A DNA stretch of 64,000 bases, from assembly GCA_964270895.1 (NCBI GenBank), contig OZ185436.1; one strand, 5' to 3'. Shown here piece by piece: positions 10,446 to 21,466 of this stretch (the stretch's first letter is position 1; every line of letters begins with the position of its first letter). The notes beneath the pieces were generated by a model. The model worked only from the letters and a program-made list of their open reading frames with translations, did not search any database and had not been told where the DNA came from. The DNA comes from Podarcis filfolensis (Eukaryota). The position numbers and the translations under genes were made by a program.

Positions 10446-12568
10446 ATACTCACCCATCCACCCACCCCAGACTATGCAGGGAGTTAGAAGCCAGGACGGA
10501 TGTGCTCATTCTACCAACCATTAAAGCATCTTCCTTTCAATCCCTTCCCTTTTTCTTAGTCTGTAATACAGCCTTCCCCCAACCTGGTAACCTCCATATG
10601 TTTTTTTGGACTCCAACTCCCATAATCCCCAGCCAGCATGGTCAATGGACAGAGATGATGGGGATTGTCGTCCAACATCAACTGGAGGACACCAGATGGG
10701 GTAAAGCTGGACTACCCTATAAAGCAATCTGACCTAGCTTCTATAAGCTTCCATACACTTATCTACCCACCTACCCTTTGTCTAGATTACTGTACCAGTT
10801 CCAGGCAGCCAGCCAAGCTGGTTCCACAGTGGTGATGTAGGGTAGCCAGGCCTCACTGATGCTCACAATTAGTGCCAAGCTTATTGAGTTACCCTAGTTC
10901 TTTCCAACCTTCTCTCTCTCTCTCTCTGCTGAGCTGCTAATGACCTTTTTGTTCTTGCTGGTGTAGGAGCATTCAAGCTTCTGAGCTGCACAGGATCCTT
11001 CATGGGAATGGAAAGGTCCAGTGCATTCTGGAGGAGGTGGAATAGCCAAAGTGCAAGAGATGTCATGTGAAAAGCTAGGGTTGCCCACTCTCATTCTGAA
11101 GAAAAAAGCAACTGTGGAGTCCTGATCTGGAATGTGCTCTCTGATCCAGATTGGGGCCTCCTGACACTTTTCTGCTGAAAATGAGTCAAGAGGGCTTGGT
11201 TTTCTGTGCATGTGCATGCACACACACATACACACAGAGGGACCTTATCCTGATTGGAATAATATCCTGGATCAGGGCCCCAAGGCTGCTTTTTCTCCAA
11301 GCTAACAGTATATTCACATTAGCAGCTTAAAATGCAGAAAGGTAACCTTCTGCTAAATTTCCCAGCTGCATTTACACAGTTCTGCTCACCTCCAAAAGGG
11401 GATGGAGATGTCTTAACCCAGCACACATGGCCTTGTTGGTTTCCCTGCCCCTGCAACTCCCCAGGAAACTCCAATTCGTGAAATTCAACTGCACATTTGT
11501 GATGGCTGTTAGGGTATATTCTCATTACTGCTTACCATTTTCTACTTGGATTAAAGTTTGTTTGAGGAAAACGTATCAAACGGCAGTGTTTGTGAAGCAA
11601 CTACAGGATCAATATGGATTGTGGCTATCGTCATGTGAAAACAGCTTCGGGAAACTAGGGGCAGGAGTCAGTGGTAATGTGAACATACCCTCAAAGTGGC
11701 CAGTTTAAGCTTGTTTAAACACATGACATTCCTGTGAGGCTTGGTTCTTAAATACTGGCTTGGTGTGCAGCAATTAAGTATGGAGATTTGTCATCTACTA
11801 ATTGCTGCGGACTGAGCCACTGAGAAAGGCTGGCTGAGAACTTTTGACACCCTTATACAAATCTTACCTGTCTGCAGGTGCATTCTACCCCCCCCCCCCC
11901 GGTACTCTTCTTGGTTATAAAAAGGAAGATTGGTATACAGATTTTCAAATTGTTACATAATTGGCATGGATCAATCAATTCCTCTGTTTCATGGGGGGGG
12001 GGTTCAGCCGGAACTCACTGGAACTCATTTCCAGCCCCCCTCAGGTGGGCACCACTGCATTATAAGAGAACAAAGGAGGCGTTCATGGTGAGTTCTGGCA
12101 CCTCTTGTTCTAGAAAAATAGCACTGGTTTCATGAATGAAGCCCTAAGTTTAATCAGGGAGCGTAGGAGCTGCTTGTGTTTCTCAGGCTAGAGTTGACCC
12201 TAAACTGAGGTGTTGGAAGAGTTGCCTGCAGCTGGCTTGCCTTGAATTACCTGTGGTGATGGGGAGATAAGAGCAGTTGCTGGACATTTTCTCCTCACTC
12301 GAGTCAAACAACGAACAAAGGGAAGGGTCCAACTCTACAGTGGATTATCAAAGCAGACGGGGGGGGGGGGGCGGAATAAGGACATTGTTGGAGTGGAACA
12401 GAGATGAAAGCATGCTGTGCATAGGAACACACTGGGGAGAGGGGAGCTAGGACTAGGTGGGAGTCCATTTTGTGTAATCTAACTGGCATGCTTCAAGGCG
12501 GCAGTGAAGCTAGGCAATCCAAACTGATTTAGTAATCCTTTCCCTTCCTCTTTTTTCAGATAGTCAAA

Positions 12569-12734
12569 ATGAGCAGCGGTGGTGGCACTGTCTGGATAAT
12601 GGGTATAGCTTGGGCACTGGTCGTGTCATGGACCAGTGCTACAGGCATGGAGGTTCGCTGCTTGCCTGGAGGAAAACACAAAGCCAGCCCAAGCCCAGAA
12701 GGACAGCTTGGCATTTGCCAGATCTATGCAGAAA
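12569..12734 (+). CDS. RTBDN: RTBDN coding exon 1 (signal peptide to QIYAE)
   Basis: Acceptor ttttttcag at 12559, ATG at 12569, donor AAA|GTGAGT. Confidence 0.88.
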
Positions 12735-14407
12735 GTGAGTATTGGTTAAGGGCACGAAGGCAGCAGGAGGGAGAAGCTACAAGGCTTGAAGAGCTTTGGG
12801 CAAGCAGGAAGTGGAGCTCTGAAGCCAAGGTTCCTCTCAGCATTTCCCCACAGGTTTGAGGAGAGATGAGCAAACCTCCTTATGGTGGTTGATGAAATAA
12901 ATGAGATGATCAGATGCAAAGTAGACCTGTACCTTTAACAAGAATTGGCATAGAAGAGTTGTCTAGAAGCTGGTAATACTTATCTCTGCCCTATATTCTG
13001 GGCACTAACCTGTAGGCCTCCAGATGTTATTGGACTCCAGCTCCCATCAGCCTCTGCCAGTATGGCCAATGGTCAGGGAAGGTGGGAGATGAAGTCCAGC
13101 AGCATCTAGAGGGCCTGGGCTTCCCCACACCTGACACAGTGTCATCACTTCCTCTAATAGTGAATGAGCGGTCTAGTTAGCCTTGCCCCTTGCCCTATAC
13201 GAATAGCTGCATCTAAACATGTAATGGGAAAGTTTGACCCATTGATTCAGTGGCATTTTATTCCACATGGGATTGTTTTATTTTTCTTTTAAAAAACACA
13301 CAATCTCAGACAAGGGAAATTGAGTTAACCTTTATATTGTCCTATAAAGGGTGGTCTTGCTTTAATTTAGTATAGGAATTTACCAGCTTGATATTTTGTC
13401 TTGTACTAATAAGGTCATATTTTGCATAATACAGTGCTGTCAATCAATCACAAAAATACACGAAGAAAGCTGAAATAGCAGCCCCCAGCTAACTATGTTC
13501 AAGGAAATCAATGTTGTATGATTATTTTACTATATAACAAAAATGTCTATGCAAACACATTTGATATGGACCATCAATTTTTTACCTCAAAAATCTTGGG
13601 AATACTGCTACCAGGCAGAACTTACACATGACTCTGCTGAACAAAAGAGCCATATGATGGCCCTTCAACTTCATGTTCCTCAAATCTTTCACTTCAGAGT
13701 CCAGGACCTGGACTTTCTCTTGGTTCAGGACCGTATCTCAGGAGGGCAATGCTCCAGACAAACAGATCAAAAGATTCACTTTTTTAAAGTTAACAGATCT
13801 TTCTTCTACATTTTCAGCCTCGGTTGTTTTTCAAGAAAAGAGGAAGGCTAGTGAGAATAATATGTACTGTATTTCATTTTGAGGCTGCAATGATCTCATA
13901 GCCCTGGCTGATCAAAATTTAATGTGTGTGAGTAGCATGCACTGCTATGCACAGGGTGCAAAGGAACTCAGCAGAGGCAACCCCTGGTGCCTGGGGGAAA
14001 CTTTGGAGGGTTGTACACAGAGGCCACAGAGACTGTAGGGAGCGGGTGGGGAATGGGACATGGGTATAGGAGTATAGGGTTCTTATCATGCCCAGAATAC
14101 CTGCTAGGGAATTTATGTATGCATTGGCTCATCACATGGTAACTGGTGGCAATTTGCATACTTCCAGCTTGTTAGGCAATACCTGCAGCTGTTGCAATCA
14201 GACGGCAACATGCAGGGTTGCCGGAATAACAACTGGTTCATCTCAACACAAAGGAAGGGGCTGCTGACAGAAGGATTCTTTTCCCACAGATGCCTGTTGC
14301 TCACCGGAGGTCACCCAGGACCTTTCCAAAGCCAATGACATCTACTGGAACCGCTGTGGGAGCCTTAGCAGCAGGTCAGACAGAGAGGCAGCCATGCCTA
14401 CTCCAGT

Positions 14408-14452
<45 letters not shown>

Positions 14453-17400
14453 CCTTTCCTACAAGCTGGGCCTACCAAGAGGTAGGAGTTCCTGCTAAAA
14501 CTAGTCTTGGAAGTTACCAGACAACTGGGATGGGGAAGATCTGCTCCTTGGCACGACCTTTCTTCACATTTTTTTATTGTTCCCCCCCCCACCATGGGTA
14601 GCCTTTTGCTTGCCATTTTAGGCCTGCTCCGCCATCTTTATGCCCTAGTGCTTCTTTCTCCTATGCAGATGTGAGGGCTATCTACAGCAGCTGGAATGTT
14701 TTTACCGTTGCTCCCCCATCGCTGCCCAGTGGCCTCATCCTCAGCGCCCCACAGCTGTGCTGGCTGTGCCCCTCTGCCAGAGTTTCTGTGACCAATGGTG
14801 AGTGAAGTCTCCTTGTCCCAACTGGGGAAGGAGGGGACCCTGTAGGAGATGAAGAAACAGGGAAAGAGCATCGTCTCCTGGAGATAGCAGAAGAGGAGAA
14901 AGTCATCACATTGCTAGTGTCCTGTTTAAATGAAATGCCCTGCCATTTTAAGACAGACAAGCAGTGAAAGGCATACCAGGTTGTTGTTGTTTTACACTTA
15001 AAGGCCCTTTATAAGTCATTTCCCCGCAGAGATTCAACATGCTTGGGGACACTGTATCTATGACACCTGCATCTCGCTTTCGGCACACCCAGCTCAATTT
15101 TGGAATAAGTCAGCTGGATGTGGGGAAGCTGAGTCAAGTGCAGGAGCTAACCTGGATATTGAGGGAAATCCACAAGCTTTTTAAAGGGCATCTCCACCCA
15201 ACACAAACATACTTCCATTTCTTGGGCCTCAGGCAGTGGACTGGTGGAAATAAATGTATGTAATTCTATTGGCAAAAAACGTTGAATTGGGTAAAGGTGG
15301 GGGAAAGGAGGAAGTGCTTAGTGAGTATTGACCCTCCATTGGGACTGAAAAAGATAGAGAAACTTGGGTTCATATCTCCATAAAACTTAGTCATGAAACT
15401 AACAGAGTGACTTTGAGCTGGGGATTGTTATTCAGCCTAATATACCTCACAGGGTTGTCTGTCGTAAGGATCAAAATGGTGTGTGGACCTTGTGCACCAA
15501 CTTGAGCTCCTTGGAGGTCTGATATAACAAAAATAAAAGGTCTGGTCTGATATAATAAAAATGGTCTGATATAATAACAATTAAAGTTCAACTGCTTTCC
15601 TTATTGCCACACCTTCTTATCACCTCAGGTATGATGCTTGCAAGGAAGACCTGACGTGTGCTCGCAACTGGCTCACTGACTGGCATTGGGGCCCTGAGGG
15701 AAATAACTGCAGCCAGGACTGCCTGTCGTATGGCCAGGTGAGGACACTAAAAGCCCCCAGATGGATGCAGCCCTCAGCCCCAGAAATCACATGAGTCATG
15801 AAGAGATGCCTGTACTGAGTCATGTTTGGGAAAAGCAGTTATTGGAGGAGAAAGAGGAATTACACCATTCCTAGGAGGCCTCAGCTTTAGCACAAACCAA
15901 GCCAAGTCTTTCAGTATTCCTGAAATCACATAAATTATGTGAAAGGGCTTTGTCAACAACTTAAGGTCTTTATTTCAACTTGTGATGCCTTTTTAGAATA
16001 AGGTTCCCACTCTTCAAGGGGGAAAAGCTTAAAAGTGAATGTGCCTCCAACTTTAGGTGGAAGTTGTTGGGGTTTGTATTCTTCTCTTAAAACAAATAGA
16101 CCTAGCTTATGTGACTACTCACTCATGGTTCATCTTTTCAAGGACCACTGTTCCACAGAGGGATGGTAATCTGAGTTGATGTTAGGCTGGGACATTTTCA
16201 GAACTATTGTAGGAGCCATGAGTATAAATGCTGACATAATATGCTCTTTGGCATTTTTTAAAACTGTTGTGCCACCAGCATTCTCTGTCAGAAACTGCAA
16301 GTCAAAGACAAAGAAAATGCCTGAAGAGATCGGTGCTTTTAATATTTCTTTGTAGCTGCCTCTGTATTGCCAGTTACACAATGAGGAATTGTTTCCCACA
16401 AGCTTAGCTGAATAGGCAAGGGGTTTCCTCCCATCTCTTAAAACCAGGTGACAGACATCAAGAGAGCACAGTGCTTCCCAAATACCCAACTTTATCTCTC
16501 ATCATGAGGACTAAAAGCCTAATTGTTGGAGGAGGGAATTGTTTGTACTCTTAATGTTAGCAAGAGGCCAGAGACTTCAAACGTCTTAAGGTCAATCCGA
16601 TAGTAAATGCTCCAACATCTCCAAGGTTTAACAAAACAGAAACATCTCCAAGGTTTTCCTTGGATGTACAGGGCACCCAAGGGGCGATCTTGGTCAATGA
16701 AGCCTCTTCTGTGTCTTGCTTTAAAAAACCACACACACATACAAAATCCCAGCTGCAGTTCAAAAGGCAGGTGCTACATTACCCTGAAGGTCGGCAGAAA
16801 TTGAAACCCCTCATATTATCTAACTCTATATGACATGTTTCAGCCTTTCCACTGGAGGTGAAGCTAATTCCTGCTGACTGCTGGTCGGCTTGCACTGAGA
16901 CAGTCATTTGAACCTTCGGGCAGCTAGCAGAGTTTGTGTCCAGTGACAGGCAGGCAGGCAGGCAGAGAGCAACAGCTTGGCAGGATGCCTGTCAGAAGAA
17001 ATGGGCAGTATATGACTGACAGTGTAATAACGTCAGCACCATACAGCTCGTCCCTTCTTCCCCTGCAGTGTTTGCCCAACAAAGATGACAGACAGGATTG
17101 CTAGTAATGTGTGGTGGCTGCTGCCCTTTTGAATTGGTGGAGTTGTCATTTGAGACCCACTCTCTCCCCAAACTGAGTTTTTTTTACTGTATTTTAGAAA
17201 GCAAAATAGTGCATCTAATTGTTATGTACTGAGTTGCATAGGATCCAAAATGCAGCAGTCTGATTGGTCCTAGAAAAATAGGATTCAGAATGCAGCAGTC
17301 TGATTGGTCCTAGAACAATAGGATCCAGAATGCAGCAGTCTGATTGGTCGGCAGGAGCCACCCAATCCAACTCCGGGTTGGAAGTGAATCCGCAACCTGA

Positions 17401-19522
17401 TTGGCCTACAGGAGAATCCCAGAATTAGCCAATCACATGGGACCCATTGTGTAAATAATGTATATAAAGCAGACATTTTGGGGGAACTTCCATTCCTCAC
17501 TACTCTGAGCTGAATAAAGAGCATGAAATCCACACTCGACTCAGAGTATATTTCACTAATCATGCGCAGAACACAATGGTATCCCCACAGAAAAATATCA
17601 ACCATTATCTCAAAGCATCAAAGGATAGGGGGAATGGTGTGCAAGGCCCTGAGCATGATATCCTGACAAAGTTCTTGTTTAGAAATCAAGCCACATCAAA
17701 TGGCATAAGCAAGCAGCAGGCCCAGTTAGTCTGCCTTTCTGCCATGTGGTAGCTATTGTGTTGGTCTTTTGGGAGAGGCAGGAGCTAACAAGCAGCTGGG
17801 ATTCTATGAAGCAAGCCCCTCTCACCCCATGCGGGAGGGACTGTGCTGGTGACACAGCTCAAGTCATCAAGATACTCACTCTGCTGCAGGCCCCCCAAAA
17901 TGTTGTCTGTCTTCGGCTTCCTCCAGCCCCAGCCAGCATGGCCAATGGTCAGGGTTCATGGGCGCTGGAAGTTCCAACAACAGTCTCTCACCCACTTTGG
18001 GTATCTTGAGTCTGCTGAGTGACAGATTAGTTTGGAAAACTAAAGCAAAACAAGGTAATGCATTTGTCTTTCATATTGTGCTGCTCCTTCTTCTCTTCCC
18101 ACCCATCCCCTTGCTCAGTGGCGGACTTACATTTGGGGGGGGCACTGTCGCCCCCCTCCTTTACAGCCAGCAATGAGGTCTGAGTAACCAGTATTCTGTT
18201 TTTCAATGGGGTTGTTCCACAACAGATCACCACACCTTTATAATGTCTTTGTGGGATGGTTGAAATATAGGCAACAAAAAACTAATCAATTCGAGTCACG
18301 TGACTCAAATTGGGTCTACTAGACCCAAAATGTTTAAGCAATGTGGACTGAAGTTGCTTCTGGGGTCCCTCTGGGATGAAGGGCCCTTAAGCTTCATTGG
18401 TTTCCTAGTAGATCTGCCCCTGCCCTCACCCCAGATTGGTTTGTTTGGATGGTACTCTACCCTTCTGCTCATAAAGACACAGCCACCCCTGCTGAAAGTC
18501 TCTTGACATCCCTCTGCCTCGGCCCAGTATACCTGAAGGAGCGTCTCCATCCCCATCGTCCGGCCCAGAAACTGAGGTCCAGCTCCAAGGGCTTTATGGC
18601 GGTTCCCTCACTGCGAGAAGTGAAGCTACAGCGAACCAGACAGAGGGCCTTCTCGGTAGTGGCGCCCGCCCTGTGAAACACCCTCCCTTCAGATGTCAAG
18701 GAAATACAGTGGTACCTCAGGTTACAAATGCTTTGGGTTACAAACTCCGCTAACCTGGAAGTAGTTACCTCGGGTTGCGAACTTTGCCCCAGGATGAGAA
18801 CAGAAATTGCGTGCCAGCGGCATGGCGGCAGCAGGAGGCCCCATTAGCGAAAGTGCACCTCAGGTTAAGAATGGTTTCGGGTTAAGAATGGACCTCTGGA
18901 ATGAATTAAGTTCATAACCTGAGGTACCACTGTACAGTAAACAACTATCTGACTTTTAGAAGACATCTGAAGGCAGCCCTGTTTAGGGAAGTTTTTAATG
19001 TTTGATGTTGTTGCTTTTTTATTATTGTTATTGGTGTTCTGTTGGGAGCTGCCCAGAGTGGCTGGGGAAACCCAGCCAGATGGGCAGGGTATAAATAATA
19101 AATTATTACTATGATGATGATGATGATGGAGTATTGTTCAAGCCTTAACTTCTGCACTGAGGCTTCTCAGAGCAAGAGCGCTTCACATTCTCAGCTCCCC
19201 ACCTCTCTCTCCCCCTCAGATGTACAAGGACGGCAAAGAGCTCTGTGAAACCATCTGGGATGATTCCTTCGTAGCCAGCACTGATCCTTGCGAGTGCCTG
19301 ACGCTGACGGCCTCCGACTCAGCCCTCTCTGCCTCTTATTTGCGTCTTGAAGACAGTGACAGCATCGAGGAGCCAGACACCACCAAGGAAGGCATTGAAA
19401 GAGGCCGCGCCAGCCCTGGAGGGCCCTGCCCAGGCAACCCCCTGCTCCGTCGCCTGCGGAGAAACATGCAGAAGCGCTCGGTCTTCATGGAAGATGTGGA
19501 GGGTAGTGGGAGCGGGTTCTGA
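12569..19522 (+). CDS. RTBDN: Retbindin (riboflavin-binding protein / folate-receptor family), join(12569..12734,14290..14374,14669..14797,15629..15737,19220..19522), 263 aa
   Basis: Five GT-AG exons (166+85+129+109+303=792 nt) join in frame. The protein has a signal peptide and the motifs CLPGGKHKASPSPE, ACC, YWNRCG, ECFYRCSP, VPLCQSFCDQWYDACK, NWLTDW and CETIWDDSF. The GSGSG tail resembles human RTBDN, and the gene sits tail-to-tail with RNASEH2A. Confidence 0.88.
14290..14374 (+). CDS. RTBDN: RTBDN coding exon 2 (NACC...YWNRCG)
   Basis: Acceptor ttcccacag|, donor CAG|GTCAGA, phases compatible with neighbours. Confidence 0.88.
14412..14449. repeat. (TG)19 microsatellite in an RTBDN intron
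   Basis: Read directly. Confidence 0.95.
14669..14797 (+). CDS. RTBDN: RTBDN coding exon 3 (CEGY...ECFYRC...CQSFCDQW)
   Basis: Acceptor ctcctatgcag|, donor ATG|GTGAGT. Confidence 0.9.
15629..15737 (+). CDS. RTBDN: RTBDN coding exon 4 (YDACKEDLTCARNWLTDW...)
   Basis: Acceptor cacctcag|, donor CAG|GTGAGG. Confidence 0.9.
17220..17555 (+). mobile_element. Solo LTR
   Basis: TG...CA ends, 5-bp TSD CTAAT (17215-17219 and 17556-17560), 40-bp tandem repeat x2.7 (17241-17349) carrying CCAAT boxes, TATATAAA, and AATAAA at 17513-17518. Confidence 0.88.
18512..19128 (+). mobile_element. L2 LINE 3' fragment interrupted by a Tc1 MITE
   Basis: Encodes ...YLKERLHPH...RAFSVVAPAL (L2 ORF2 C-terminus) and ends in an AT-rich trinucleotide tail. 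Confidence 0.85.
18707..18932. mobile_element. Tc1/mariner MITE
   Basis: TIR CAGTGGTACCTC...GAGGTACCACTG, TA TSD. Confidence 0.9.
19220..19522 (+). CDS. RTBDN: RTBDN last coding exon (MYKDG...GSGSGF*)
   Basis: Acceptor ctctctccccctcag|, TGA at 19520-19522, candidate AATAAA at 20087-20092. Confidence 0.88.
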   Translation: MYKDGKELCETIWDDSFVASTDPCECLTLTASDSALSASYLRLEDSDSIEEPDTTKEGIERGRASPGGPCPGNPLLRRLRRNMQKRSVFMEDVEGSGSGF

Positions 19523-21235
19523 TTGGAGACAGCCAGCCTCCCAGGGGAAAATAACCCCCTCCCCTGTGATTTTCTGAGGCTTGGGGGGGATCGCTTGTGA
19601 TCTATGCAAATCCTTCATGTCCCGTGTCACCAGCTTCTTGCCATCCTGTATAGCTCTGTGCAACCTGGGTGTGGCCGTGGCAGAGGAAGCAGGTGTGGCA
19701 ATTTAGCCGAGCACTCTGATTCCCCATGCCCTAGAAGCAGAGTTTACCCCACCAGAGCACCACCTTCTACTCCCGGTATGCCTGCCTGTGGCCGCTGCTT
19801 CCCCTACACATGTCTTGTACATCGAATCATAGAATTGTAGTGTTGGAAGGGACCACGAGGGTCATCTAGTCCAACCCCCTGCAATGCAGGAATCATTTTG
19901 CCCAGTGTGGTCAATGGTAGTTTCTTCACTCTCAACACCCTGCCTTCCCTCCCAATGACTAAAACACCCATTCCCACACACCCCCAGTGGTCCTCAAATC
20001 TGTCTCCTCTAGCACTATGGGGGAGGGAGCGATGTCTGTCTTTCAAAGGCTCTGGCCTGAAAGAGTGAGAGGTTGCATAGACTAAGAATAAATAAGTTAA
20101 TGAGATCATTCTGCACTTACTATTAACCCCAGCTACTAATAATAAGGCTTTAGGTATGTTTGCCTGTAGAACTGAGCCAAAATGAAATAGCCTTCGCTGT
20201 TTGCGCTTGACACAGGCAGCAGAAAAAACCACTACCTAGGAAGTAGGATCTGAGAGTTAAAAGGCCGGTTACAGTTCTGTAGCAAGGAAACTGCAGATCT
20301 TTGTAAACCAGTAGCTGCTGCTGCAGTATTAAAATGGCCAGTGCTTCATAGTTAGCTTAAATTTGTATACAACCAAACACAGAAGGGGAAGGAGAAAGAG
20401 ATTGTGCCACTGATGTGGCTAGATTTAGATTGGTTATCATTGTAATAATTCAATGTGTGTATCATGGAAAAGTTTAAAACATCCATTTTAAAAAATATAC
20501 AGAGCCTCCAGTCTGAACTGGTCAGTGCCATGTACTAGTTTGTCCTAGGCAGAAAAGTAGTTTGTGAACCAAAAAAAGAAAACAGCATCTCATCTTGAGT
20601 GGGTGAGTGGACAGAATAGTAAGATCCCTGGAGTTAGAATCATAGAATTCAGTGCAGGAATCCAGCCCTCAGCCGTCCCTGGGGGGGCTGAAACCACCAA
20701 CCTTCTGGTTAAAAGCCGGTTCTTACCTGTGTCCTCCATATCTTATGCAGCACTCCTTGAATTTCACCACATCAATCCCTGTATTACCATGTGCAAACTT
20801 CCTTTATAATATTGTCCACCTTCTGTCCAAAGCAGATCTTGTGTCACAAACATGCACTGCTTTATCAGCTGCCTTGTCATGCTCTTGCTTGTTCACCCTT
20901 GTCCATGTTTGTTGCAAACTGCACACTATGTATTGGTTCAAACCTATTACTTGTGGAGAAATTAAACAACAACAACGACTTGCGTGGGTCGGCATTTGTG
21001 GAAAGAATCTGGGGGGGGGGGCCAGAGTAGGTATCTCTGCAAAGAACAGTCCCTTTCTTAGCTTTCGACACGTCAGGCTGAATGGCAAAATGAACTTGGA
21101 CGAAAAGGGAGAGAGCCCACTTAGACAGAAATTTTCTGTTAGTGGCTCAAGCTGCCTGATTTACTTGTTTGGTTTGTGTTTAGAGTATTATGTATATGGT
21201 GTTATGGGTGTTAGTTGCCAAATCGCAAGACAATA

Positions 21236-21466
21236 CAGTGGTACCTCAGGTTACATATGCTTCAGGTTACATACGCTTCAGGTTACAGACTCCGCTAACC
21301 CAGAAATAGTGCTTCAGGTTAAGAACTTTGCTTCAGGATGAGAACAGAAATTGTGCTCCGGCAGCACGAGGCCCCATTAGCTAAAGTGGTGCTTCAGGTT
21401 AAGAACAGTTTCAGGTTAAGTACGGACCTCTGGAACGAATTAAGTACTTAACCTGAGGTACCACTG
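21236..21466. mobile_element. Tc1/mariner MITE
   Basis: Same TIRs, TA TSD. Confidence 0.9.

Noticed and set aside
17241-17349. 40-bp periodic repeat, superficially array-like
   Set aside because: Head-to-tail repeats with no spacers inside an LTR; vertebrate DNA, not CRISPR.
20652-21341. 229-aa ORF
   Set aside because: Runs through a SINE fragment, a poly-G tract and into a Tc1 MITE, and starts at a non-ATG codon.
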